Assembly (NCBI RefSeq): GCF_009914755.1
Contig: NC_060935.1
Direction: 5' to 3' (one strand)
Length of the DNA stretch: 64,000 nt
Source of the DNA: the human T2T-CHM13v2.0 reference genome, Homo sapiens
Positions 1 to 15,928 of this stretch are shown one piece after another; within the stretch, counting starts at the first letter, position 1; each line of letters opens with the position of its first letter. A program made the position numbers and the translations under genes. Under the pieces are notes generated by a model. The model was not told the DNA's origin. It ran no database searches and saw only the letters and a list, made by a program, of their open reading frames with translations.

Positions 1-977
1 TGTTAGCTGAAATAAACCTAAATTGTCAATATCATTTTATGTGAATATGAAACACACAGATACATGAAGACATAATTCCTGTTTAGATTTATTTTATTGT
101 TATAATTGCTTTGAAGATTTTAGTTTAACCATGTTAATATTCTGAGTTGAACACCATTTTAAACATCCAATATTAAATGTGAAGAGGAGTTGCCTCCATT
201 CTCAGAACCTCTATTCTATGATTCTTTCCCCAAAAGTCCAAGAAATAATTTTAAAACTGTACACAACTCTTTGAGCCAAGAGGTATCCTTTAAGATGCAT
301 GAGTCCTGTAAGAAGTCTGCAATTAGTAGGACTCTGAGTTTCACTGTTTTACAAGGTACTTCTCTGTGTAATCAAATCCTAAAGTATAAGGAATTACTCA
401 CATCAGTGAAAGAGGAAACTGTTGGATGACAATGCATTTATTGAAAAAGCTCTTTTATCAGACGAAATCGCTGATGCTGAAAGGCAAGCTTGCTTAGGAG
501 AACCTCACTGTGGGAAAGCTGCCGTGATGCCCTGTGGGGGCTGTGGCTGCGGTTAACAGGCCCCCTCTGACTACCACAAACTTTCCATGGGTCACTTTCT
601 CACCAAACCAAAAGTAGTCATTGCAGAAGCTGCACTGTAAGACTCATGGACCTACAGACCGAGCTGTACAGTAACCTTACACAACCACCCCCACCCCTCT
701 GTGAGTCATCCCCACCCCACGCCTCCACCTCCAGCAGTAGAACTGAAGCATAGGGCATGTGGGGGATGAGCCTGTATCTAAAAGCTTCCTAAAGACATTC
801 AGGTTCTTCAATAGGAGAACCAACAATGTCGAAAAAAATGCATTCTTAATTTTCAGCAATTGTTCAAGCCATCTACAAAAATTACTATGAAGGGGGAAAT
901 GGCAGTTCTCCACCTTTACGGCTATAGCTCTGTATGACTCAAAATTATAGCTAAAGATGTTTTTAATAATAGGCTAA

Positions 978-1272
978 GGCCAGGCGTAATGGCTCACGCC
1001 TGTAATCCCAGCACTTTGGGAAGCCGAGGCGGGCGGATCACCTGAGGTCAGGAGTTCGAGACCAGTCTGGCCAACATGGCAAAACCCCATCTCTACTAAA
1101 AATAAAAAAATCAGCTGGGCATGATTGTGGACGCCTGTAATCCCAGCTACTTGGGAGGCTGAGGCACAAGAATCGCTTGAACCCGAGAGGCGGAGTTTAC
1201 AGTAAGCTGAGATCACGCCACTGCACTCCAGCCTGGGCAACAGAGCGAGACTCTGTCTCATAATAATAAGAA
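978..1272 (+). mobile_element. Alu (AluS-type) with target-site duplication aataataggctaa
   Basis: Full dimer, TSD on both sides. Confidence 0.9.
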
Positions 1273-1689
1273 TAATAGGCTAAGACTTAATTTTTATTTG
1301 TGATCTATTTGCTGTACTCATTGCCAGATCTCCAAATAGTATTCAAAGAGAAACGCCAGCATCAGCTGTTGATAGCTTCCATTAGTTCATTGTTTCTTCC
1401 ATTTGGCTAGCTGCTACTATATTGACATATAGATGTTACAAACATTTTGTTCACCCAATTAGGTAAAAAATATTACTAGCTGAGGATGCTTTAAAACACA
1501 TTTACACATAAGGGTTCTGACCCCTTTCATTCCTGTGCTCTGCATGGAAGGACCTGGGTAAAGTGAGGGTCATGCCAGCACCAGGACTAGGGTGGTCCTG
1601 AGGAAAGAAGTGCCTTCCTCTGAAAAAGCCACAGTGTGATGCTTCGAGAAAGAGAGTAGAGCAACAGGAATTGATTTTTGAATAGGCTA

Positions 1690-2617
<928 letters not shown>

Positions 2618-2702
2618 TTATTTCATCTTTTTAGTATTTAAAATGCGGAATCTTGGTTTTCTATTACTTACCTGGGGATAGGATTTTTTAAATATTTGAA
2701 AA

Positions 2703-4222
<1,520 letters not shown>

Positions 4223-4496
4223 AGGTCTACAATATTCTGACCAACTAGGGGGGTAGATCATCATGTGCCAGTATCCACCCAATTAAAACAACATTCAGTC
4301 TAAATGCAATAGTTTGCTAGCTTGTTAATTAACAGGATAAATCAAAGTAAATACAGAGTCTAGTTTTAAATATGTATAGATAAAACTTGTTTTGTACATA
4401 AACATAATTTTCTGAATTCACATAATATATACTATGTTAGAAGATTTAAATCACTATTGATAAATTTTATTCTATATGTCCCCAGTGATGTCCTTC

Positions 4497-4788
4497 TTCT
4501 TTTTTAAAATTTTGAGACAGGGTCTCACTCTGTCACCCAGGCTGGAGCGCAATGGTGTAATCACGGTTCACAGCAGCCTCGACCTCTCTGGGCTCAGATG
4601 ATCCTCCTACCTTGGCCTCCTGAGTAGTTGGAACTACAGGGGCGCACCACCATGCCCAGCTATTTTTTTGTAGAGATGGGGTCTTGCCATGTTGCCTAGG
4701 CTGGTCTCAAACTCCTGGGCTTAAGCAATCTGCCTGCCTCGGCCCCCCACAGAACTGGGATTACAGGCATGAACCATTGTGCCCGGCC
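4497..4788 (-). mobile_element. Alu (AluJ-like)
   Basis: Alu consensus motifs. Confidence 0.85.
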
Positions 4789-5113
4789 CCATATTCTTCT
4801 TAAAATTTATTCCCAGTACTTCTATTTGACTAGCATTCCAGCTTTTCCCTCTTTTCATTGCCAGCAGCTCTCCTCTTTCTTCAATTTTCTCTGGCACCTG
4901 TGTGGTCAGAGTTCATTTTAGCCTTATAGTCTATACTATTATCTCTATAATGTTTCCTTAGTAATTCTTTCTTTCCTCAGAGCCCTTACACACAATTCAG
5001 GTATTTTTATATTTTTCATACAGTTTGAATGTTTGATTAACCAGATATGTTTTCAAAACCATGGAAAATTATTTGATTAAATAAACACCAAGAAGCACTC
5101 ACAAATTTTATAA

Positions 5114-5529
<416 letters not shown>

Positions 5530-5659
5530 TAGTATTTGTAAAGTGACAGGCACAGTTATTACATGCTTCCTGGATGTGGCTGGTAAAACCTGTTCAATGA
5601 CTGGTAAAACCTATACTAGGCTGACCCTCTGGAAACATTCCTAAGCATTGATTAATGTT

Positions 5660-5900
5660 ATACAATAACATTTAGCACTGTGCTTCATAAATAGCTAGGC
5701 ATTGTACTAAACATGTTATATAAATGAACTTACTAATTCTCACAAAACACTCGAAGAGGTAAATGCTGTCAGTATCTCCATTTTACAGATAAGAGAAAAA
5801 AAAAGTGCTAGGTCGGGTATCTTGTCCAACTCATTCAGGAGCAGGTAAATAGCAGCACTGGAATTCAGCCCAGTCTGAGGCTGATTCCAAAGCCATCTAA
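5660..5900 (-). mobile_element. MIR, followed by a (TAGA/TGGA)n simple repeat
   Basis: ccattttacagataagagaa core. Confidence 0.6.
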
Positions 5901-6185
5901 TAGGTAGATAGATAGGTGGATGGGTAGATAAACAGACAGATGGATTGATTGATGGATAGAAGGACACAGATAGAAACAGTGAATACTCTTTGCCTACCAC
6001 TGCCACCACACAGAGGTCCAGCATGCTGTGCTTTAAGCCAGGCAGGTGAGCAGATGGACACTCAGTGGGATACAGATTCAAAAACCAGAGCAGGAGCCAC
6101 AGAACACACAGTTCTGGGGTTTCTGCACAACCTCTACAAGCAGGTAGCCGCTAAATATATTCTCCAATCTCTTTTACTGAGCACA

Positions 6186-6240
6186 ATGTGGGTAAAACTG
6201 CTCTCTATAGTAGCAGAATTTTGTTTTTCCCCTTTCCTAG
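6186..6240 (+). CDS. CRTAM: Putative alternative N-terminus (MWVKLLSIVAEFCFSPFL) of a short, Ig-less CRTAM isoform, in frame with exon 6
   Basis: acaATG at 6186 (A at -3) reads without stop into the exon 6 frame; predicted product 194 aa; consistent with my recollection of an annotated short isoform. Confidence 0.6.
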
Positions 6241-6321
6241 TTACTGATGAAGAGACAGCTTCAGATGCTCTGGAGAGAAACTCTCTATCCTCTCAAGACC
6301 CACAGCAGCCCACCAGTACTG
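6241..6321 (+). CDS. CRTAM: CRTAM exon 6 (Ser/Thr-rich stalk, (V)TDEETASDALERNSLSSQDPQQPTST)
   Basis: Acceptor ttttcccctttcctag|, donor G|gtaagt, 81 nt, phase 1-1; peptide recognised. Confidence 0.95.
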
Positions 6322-7004
6322 GTAAGTGTCAAAATCATTCAAACTTGTTTTTAAAAAATCACGTTTCCTTGGGAAGGTTATTTTTCTCATTCTAAGTTTT
6401 AAGAATATTTTTTGTTTTAATTTTTACTAAGACCATACAGGCCCCTCCAACTGGCTCCAGCTTTGTACCATCCTAGAGAAGAACCACATCAGGCATCGGA
6501 ATACTTAGTGGGATGGGCTTCAGGCTGACATAAAGCTTTGCAAGTTCAGTTCTAGTTTGCCTGAGATAGAGATGTACACATGTACACACACACATTCACG
6601 ACTGTGACATTTGAATTTCCTCTGCAGTAAAGGACAAAGTTGAATTCATTTATAGAGAGACTCGTTTCTTTTTTTCCCATCTGAAGCACACCAAACACAA
6701 AACACAGACTTGGTATCAACAAAGAGAAAAGAAGCAGAAGCTGGAGATTTGGTGTTGTCATTGAATAACAAAATCACCTCTGAAGGCACATCAATTACTT
6801 GATTGTCAATAACTCAGGTCATTTTTGATGATGGGATTGAACTACAAATACAGAATAATTTAGAAAGCCTGGATTATAATTCCAATTTTTTAGACAGTGA
6901 ACTCACTAGAGGTTAACTCAGAGCAATGATTGTATATCTAATTTAACTTTGTATTTTACCTAGCATAGTATCCAGCAATAGCAGCTTCTCAGAAAATGAA
7001 TTAC

Positions 7005-7102
7005 GAAAGAAAGAAAGAAAGAAAGAGAGAAAGAAAAGAAAGAAAGAAAAAGAAAGAAAGAAAGAAAAAGAAAGAAAGAGAGAAAGAAAAGAAAGAAAGA
7101 AA

Positions 7103-7134
<32 letters not shown>

Positions 7135-7152
7135 AAAAGAAAGAAAGAAAGA
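7005..7152 (+). repeat. (GAAA)n purine-rich compound microsatellite
   Basis: Read directly; ~150 bp of pure purine. Confidence 0.95.
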
Positions 7153-8401
7153 ATTGGTTATGGTGCTTTGAGCAAGACTATTAGCCTCATCCAGAAAGGC
7201 ATAAATTCCTACATATTCTCTTTCCATTTCATGTAATGTGTCAATAATAATTTCATTTGTTGGAATAAGGGCTTTCAGAGCATTATCATGTTCATAGTTC
7301 TGAGTATCAGATCATATTTTTAAAAATTTGTATCCTAAATAATATTTAAAAGTAAATGTTTGGGATTTCTAAACACTGATAAATACAACATGTACCATAC
7401 AATTTTTTGAAGGACAATGGAAATTGAAAATATTATGAAGTGGAACAGCCACATCACTTGCTTTAATAATCCAATATTTGTAAACGTGTTTAGAATCTAG
7501 TAATCTTTAACGGCTTGCTACTGAGCAACTCAATTTTCTGCTCTGCTTTTTCATATATAAGACTTTTAAAATAGGGTTTCTAAAATTCCTTTCAGCTTTC
7601 CATTTCTACGATTTTATTACATTTAATACCCATTTTCAATAGAATGGGAGGCTTCATTCCCCTCGGGGTCCACATAGTGGCGCTGTGCAATGGACTAAAA
7701 AGCAAGAAACTGCAGAGAGAAAAAAGGAAATTGGAAACATCAGCAGTAAAATCTGGAAAAAAAAACCACACAGTTTCTGATTTTTTATAATTTATCTTAT
7801 CTAGAAAAAACATCATAGTACATCCCACTTCTAATGGGGAGGCAAGCAGAGGTTTGAATAACTGAAGCTATATTTCAACATAAATTTCAGGCTGTAGGTT
7901 TTCTATAATTAAAGCTTGGAATGCCGTTCCTCGGTGTTCAGTTGTTATCTTGAAGCATCCTAAAGACCTTCTCCCTAATAGGCCTGATTCAGGATGGAAA
8001 TATGAAATAATGGTTTAAATGCTGGGCTCTAGAGTTAGGTAAAACAGAGTTTATGTATTGGCTTTGCCACTTATTTGCTACAGGACTTTAGGTACTTTAC
8101 ATAACTGCTCTAAACCTCCGTTTTCTCAGAGCTGTGGTGAGAAATAATATATACCAAGTGCTCAGTTCAAGGCCAGGCACAGAGTAAATGCCCAAAACAT
8201 TTACCTTAAAAAAATAAGGCAAAGTGAGCCTAGCCATTTGCAATTATGTTTGCAAGAAATCCATAGTTCACAAATGATCTCAGTACTGTTTTTAAATTTG
8301 GCTTCCCAAGCTGCTCTGGGAAGACTTACGTAACTACAGTTGTATGTAGTCACATGTATATAATGCATGCATAGCTCATGTTTTATCTTCTTTCACTTTA
8401 G

Positions 8402-8485
8402 TCTCAGTAACGGAAGATTCTAGTACATCGGAGATTGACAAGGAAGAGAAAGAACAAACCACTCAAGATCCTGACTTGACCACCG
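8402..8485 (+). CDS. CRTAM: CRTAM exon 7 (stalk, (V)SVTEDSSTSEIDKEEKEQTTQDPDLTT)
   Basis: Acceptor tcttctttcactttag|, donor G|gtaagt, 84 nt, phase 1-1; continues the frame of exon 6. Confidence 0.95.
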
Positions 8486-8789
8486 GTAAGTGTCACCCAC
8501 TGCATTTAGAATAAACACTCGACATTTTAACCTCTTAATCGATAAATTCAATGGCCTTTGTCAGTCCTCCCTTTTCTTGACCTTTCTGCCCTTTAGGACA
8601 TGATTGGTTAATCACTCCCTTGTCCCTCCTTGATTTAGTTACCTCTCGGCTTCTTGACATACTTTTCCTGGTTCTGTTATTTGTTGCTAACCACTGCTTC
8701 TCTGTATCCATTAATTAACTTATCTTCCTCTTCTGACTTCTTAAATGTGTATGTACTTCTGATTTTACTTCTCCATCTTTTGTTCTTCC

Positions 8790-9347
<558 letters not shown>

Positions 9348-9359
9348 GTAAGCAAAAGA

Positions 9360-10300
9360 TTTCTATACCTATATTTCCAGAACATCCTCCTCAGCATTGC
9401 TCCCAATTTCTTTCCATTTTCTATGTATCTGTAGCTGAATTTTCTGTGATTTCCCCAAACTCAACATTGCTAAATACCAAACAGCACCTTCTCCCACAAA
9501 ATCAGCTTGTCCAAAGCATCACACAGGCCCCAAAGCAACACACGGGTCCCAAACCTTGGTGTTATCTATCACTCCTATGTATGTGTACAAATATATCTAT
9601 GTGTATATGTATATGCATATGCACACATGTATATAAAATCAGTCAATTTCCAAGAACTTTTGAGTCTTGTCTTTCAGGTATTTTGTCCATTGTCACTGTT
9701 AACGTCCCAATCCAGGCTCTCATCATCTCCTGCATGGAGTATTATAACTTCAGTTTCTCCTCCTCTGGTTCACTTTTAGCACCCTACCATCAAAATATCT
9801 CTTTATCTGCATACCTGTGTTCTAAAACCCTTTATAGCTTCCTGAAGTCTACAACACAGAGCATGAGTCCCAAACACCTCATTAGGTGCCATCTATTACC
9901 TACTTCTGCCGTCTCATATCTACAAAGTCCTTATGAGATACATATTTTTCTCTGAAAACATCAACCCTTTTCAATCGCCCTGCCCTTGTTTATCCTCACT
10001 GCCCCTGGTGGAAGAGGAGACCTCCTCTCACCTCTCCTTACTCCCTCTTCAAGGCCAATATCTTCACTGAAAACTTTTTTGACCAACTCAACCCTCAGAG
10101 ACCATTCTTGCCTCTGAACCCCTGAACACACTATGATATAAATACATATGGATCCAGAATTTGACATATCTTACTTTTGTTTGTTTTTATTAATTTGTTT
10201 ATATATAGAGACAGCTAATCCCCAAAGCATGTGAACTGTGCCTTCTGTAGGTCCAAGCACAATGTTCTACACATAGCTGGCACTCCTTAATTATTCATTG
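9360..10300. mobile_element. Degenerate L2 LINE fragments
   Basis: ccaggctctcatcatctcctgcatggagtattataac and acatagctggcactccttaattatt resemble L2 3' region. Confidence 0.5.
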
Positions 10301-10372
10301 GTTAAGATGAGGTGACTAGGACATTTAGCAAGACTACAGCCCATAGAATCAGAATTCTAGGTTTAGAAAGCC

Positions 10373-10702
<330 letters not shown>

Positions 10703-11170
10703 TAGCCCAAATGCCTTCCTGTAGGGCCACATTTAACCTAACCAAGATAAATAAATTTTCATTTTATTTGGATAGTTTTTTAAACTCCTTAACAATCCCT
10801 CTTGCTACTTAACTATATTTTGCTAAAAATCATTCCTAAAGCTAATTTGAATCTCCTGACTATAATTTAAGTCGATTTTCTCATATGCTTTCTGTAGAAA
10901 TAAAAAATAACTAGCCCAATAGCTACGTCACTTAAAAAATCTTTTCAAATCATCACACATAATTGCCTTGTTTGTTGTATGCCTGTTTGCTTGTTCTCAG
11001 AGAATGAACAATGTAAGTCTCTTTACCTTCAGGGGTAAGCTCTTTCTCATCTCTTCATCTGAGCTGTCTATTAGCTTATATCACATTGTAGAAGTATTGT
11101 TACATATTCTCCAGTGGCAAAAAAAAAAAAAACCCAAAGTATCTAAACTCCTTTTTCATTTTCCTTATAG

Positions 11171-11317
11171 AAGCAAATCCTCAGTATTTAGGACTGGCAA
11201 GAAAGAAAAGTGGCATCCTGCTGCTCACGCTGGTGTCCTTCCTCATTTTCATACTCTTCATCATAGTCCAGCTCTTCATCATGAAGCTGAGGAAAGCACA
11301 TGTGATATGGAAGAGAG
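11171..11317 (+). CDS. CRTAM: CRTAM exon 8 (transmembrane helix ILLLTLVSFLIFILFIIVQLFIM plus basic stop-transfer KLRK)
   Basis: Acceptor tttccttatag|, donor GAG|gtcagt, 147 nt; translation EANPQYLGLARKKSGILLLTLVSFLIFILFIIVQLFIMKLRKAHVIWKR. Confidence 0.96.
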
Positions 11318-11774
11318 GTCAGTGGGCAGGGAACCTGACGGGGGCTATAAGACGCCAGAACAAATGGCTAAAAAAAAGGGAAATTCTGTCCATTAAAGCT
11401 TTCTGTCAGACACTACATAATCTATTTGATAAGTGCTGTCTCAGATAAGCAATTGTTTGTTTTCTAGTAAACTCGGGTGTGAATCTCCAGGGACTATAGT
11501 CTAAGAGTGTATAATCAATAGAAACTAGCATAGATCCAGAAATTGGCATTAAATGATAGACACTTCTATTCACAGAAGGATAAAAATCCCAGGACTGCCT
11601 AGCACAGTCCCTACAGGAATCAAAAACTATGTGTTGAATTAATGAGGTATGAGTTATGGGAGGGGCATGGTAAGTCTACTATTGCACAGTAACAGAGGTA
11701 TTATCTTATTCAAATATACATTTCTACATGTCCATGGCATCAGAAATTAGTTGCTTGATTTTCTTTTTTTGTAG

Positions 11775-11861
11775 AAAACGAAGTTTCAGAACACACACTA
11801 GAAAGTTACAGATCAAGGTCAAATAATGAAGAAACATCATCTGAAGAGAAAAATGGCCAAT
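11775..11861 (+). CDS. CRTAM: CRTAM exon 9 (cytoplasmic, (E)NEVSEHTLESYRSRSNNEETSSEEKNGQ)
   Basis: Acceptor ttctttttttgtag|, donor T|gtaagt, 87 nt, phase 1-1. Confidence 0.95.
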
Positions 11862-11907
11862 GTAAGTCAACTGTATGACCTGAGATCTGAACAATGAGGT
11901 TCATTAA

Positions 11908-11947
11908 TGTATTAGTCAGATTTCTCCAGAGAGACAGAGACAACAGA

Positions 11948-12002
<55 letters not shown>

Positions 12003-12460
12003 AGGTGGGATTTATTAGGGGAATTGGCTCATGAGATTATGGAGGCTGACAAGTCCTTGGACAGGAGGTCTGCAAACTGGAGACCCTGGTATGCTGGTAG
12101 CCTGGCTCAGTCCAAGTTCAAAGGCCTGAGAACTCAGGGGACCGCCAGCGTTAAGTCCTGAAATCCGAAGCTAGGGAGTCTCGAGTTCTGCTGCCAGGAG
12201 AGAGGAGGGAGTGTATTCCAGCTCCAGCAGACAGATCAACACATTTGCCTTCTTTCTGATTTTGTTCTTTCTGGGCCCCCAACAGAATGGATGGTGCCCA
12301 TCCACATCAAGGGCAAATCTCAATGCCCACCTACTCCACTCAGACTCACACACTAATCTCCTCTAGAAACAACCTCATAGACAAACCCAAAAATAATGCT
12401 TTACCAGATTTGAGGTATTTCTTAATCCACCCAACTTAACACTTAAAATTAACCATCGCA
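11908..12460 (-). mobile_element. Solo MLT2-type (ERVL) LTR with internal (TG)24 and 5-bp TSD ATTAA
   Basis: TG...CA ends (tgtattagtcag ... aaccatcgca); ATTAA at 11903 and 12461. Confidence 0.8.
11951..11998 (+). repeat. (TG)24 microsatellite
   Basis: Read directly. Confidence 0.95.
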
Positions 12461-12487
12461 ATTAAGTAGTCGCCTTTAAAAAGAAGG

Positions 12488-12863
<376 letters not shown>

Positions 12864-13834
12864 TTAAGGAGTCTCATCTGCAAAAATAAATAGTAGCAGT
12901 TAAGTTCATGTAGCAGAAGGTGACTTCCTTTTGGGAAGCCATCCTTGACTGTTTGACGTCACACACAGGGATACCCCAAGACCACCAGAGGATCCTATGA
13001 CACCTTTGTCATAGAAGCACGTCTTCCTCCATATTGTAATTTTTGGTGTTTTTACATAGCTACTACAATACTCCTTTAGGTGGTGAGTAATCAGATTTAC
13101 TCTGTATCCTCAGATTCTAGCACAGGTTAGTTGATAAATTTGTGTTAAATGAGTGACTATAGGCTCAATTAATTCAAGAAGGCATGTGTCAGGTCCTTTG
13201 GATGACTTCATTGCAATTCCTGAGACAAAATATGTAAAGAAAATGAAGAGAATCGGGATGGGAAGGAGATTGTGTATGGGAAGTGGAGGTTGGGGATTGT
13301 ATTCTTGATAAAGATCTGGAAGGCAGAAGCTAGGACTATAGAAAAGCAAGAATATTCCACCTTCCAACCATATTATTTCCTCCATACAAACTAACTTATT
13401 CTACCCGCCAGGAGCTGCAAGAAATACAGCGAGTTTTGCCGCTCTATTCTATTGGTTTTACTGAGGTTTTTGTAGGAGGCTTGTCTTTTATAACACCTCT
13501 GCCTCTTTAGGTTTTGACCTACTAGAGCGTGAACTGAAAAGAATGAATAGATGTACTAGCTGGGAAAGGAACACAAGAGAATTGACTGTGTGAAAACTGG
13601 GGGTGGGAGGGGAAAATGTGTGTAAATAACATCCAAGTCGATTGTGTTGCAACACCTGTTTCTAAATACCCGTCATCACATACTCACCTGGTGGACAGGA
13701 AAATGATGTTAATATCATGTGTGAGTTGGGTTGCTCCCTGAGCTGTTTTTCCTAGGCAAGAAGAACCAAAACAGTGGGAGTAGAATTATGTCTGTTAGCT
13801 GGAAAAATGGAAGCCCTTCCAGTTCAACTTTTAA

Positions 13835-14320
<486 letters not shown>

Positions 14321-14559
14321 TAAAAATATTCTCTGGGGCCATCTCTAGTCTCTTTGTACAGAATTGCATAGGCCTTGAGTGTGATCTGCCCCGACCCTAT
14401 TTTTGCAGTAAGCCCTGTTATTTCTAGTGTGCAATTTTGCTAAGGCAATATGTTATGGTCAGCAACAGATTATTTTACAGCAGAAATATCTGTATATTTT
14501 ATTTCACGTTTACCAGTATATTGTTTATATAGTAAGACTTCTTTAAAAATTATAGTATA

Positions 14560-14850
14560 GGCCAGTGCAGTGGCTTATGCCTATAATCCCAGGATTTGGG
14601 GAGGCTGAGGCGGGTGGATCACTTGAGCCCAGGTGTTTGAGACCAGCCTAGGCAATATAGTGAAACCCCGTCTCTACAAATAATTTGAAAATTAGCTGGG
14701 CATGGTAGTGTGTGCCTGTAATTCCAGGTACTCAAGAGGCTAAGGTTAGAGGATCACTTGAGCCCGGGAGGCTGAGGCTGCAGTGGGCCGTGATCACACC
14801 ACTGCACTTCAGCCTGGGTGGCAGAGTGAGAACCTGTCTCAAAAAAAAAC
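14560..14850 (+). mobile_element. Alu (AluJ-like)
   Basis: Alu motifs. Confidence 0.85.
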
Positions 14851-15030
14851 CACGAAAAACAAAAAAGAATATAATAATGCCTTCAGACCATTTATATGCA
14901 TCAGTAAGTTTTAGGTTTTTATAAAGCAATATGTGAACCTAAAAATATGATATCCAATCAAAGTGTTTCAAGTAAATGGGTGCAATGTTATTCAAAATAA
15001 ATATTCATCTTCAACATGTTTTTCTTTCAG

Positions 15031-15161
15031 CTTCCCACCCTATGCGTTGCATGAACTACATCACAAAGTTGTACTCAGAAGCAAAAACAAAGAGGAAGGA
15101 AAATGTACAACATTCAAAATTAGAAGAAAAGCACATCCAAGTACCAGAGAGTATTGTGTAG
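15031..15161 (+). CDS. CRTAM: CRTAM exon 10 coding part, ending in class I PDZ-binding motif ESIV-stop
   Basis: Acceptor tttttctttcag|; translation SHPMRCMNYITKLYSEAKTKRKENVQHSKLEEKHIQVPESIV then TAG. Confidence 0.96.
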
Positions 15162-15601
15162 TGCTCTCTGCAATGGAACATGTGATTTCAGGGTTGCCGC
15201 AGTGTCACCTCAGTGGACCAGCCTGGGGGAAGGAGCTTAATTGCTGAGACATTAATAATGACCTCTTAGTGCAATGCAAGATGGTGTCCTCGGATAATGA
15301 TCTGCCCCGGAGCTAGGGCAGCAACATGAGGACCAAACCATGCACATAAAGCTTGTAGTTTAAAAAAGAAAAGCAAAAAAATAATTATGCCTGACACTAC
15401 TTCAGAGCAGGAGGATTCTACGAAGCCTTGGGGATCAGGGTCAGTGTGAGCAGCTAACATCCTACCTCAAATGGAACAGGATTTTTTGATGCTTTGCTCT
15501 AATGGAACTGTTTTAAAAATTTTTTTTTCTTTTTAATATTTTCTTCTGGTCACAAAATAAAGAAATTTGGGATGCAAAGTACCTAAAGATCTCTGATCCT
15601 A

Positions 15602-15928
<327 letters not shown>

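Noticed and set aside
6943-7227. Lys/Glu/Arg-rich and Phe/Ser-rich ORFs
   Set aside because: Translations of the (GAAA)n microsatellite.
7670-7684. CTCF-like ccacatagtggcgct
   Set aside because: Mismatches at the conserved central AG; too weak without ChIP data.
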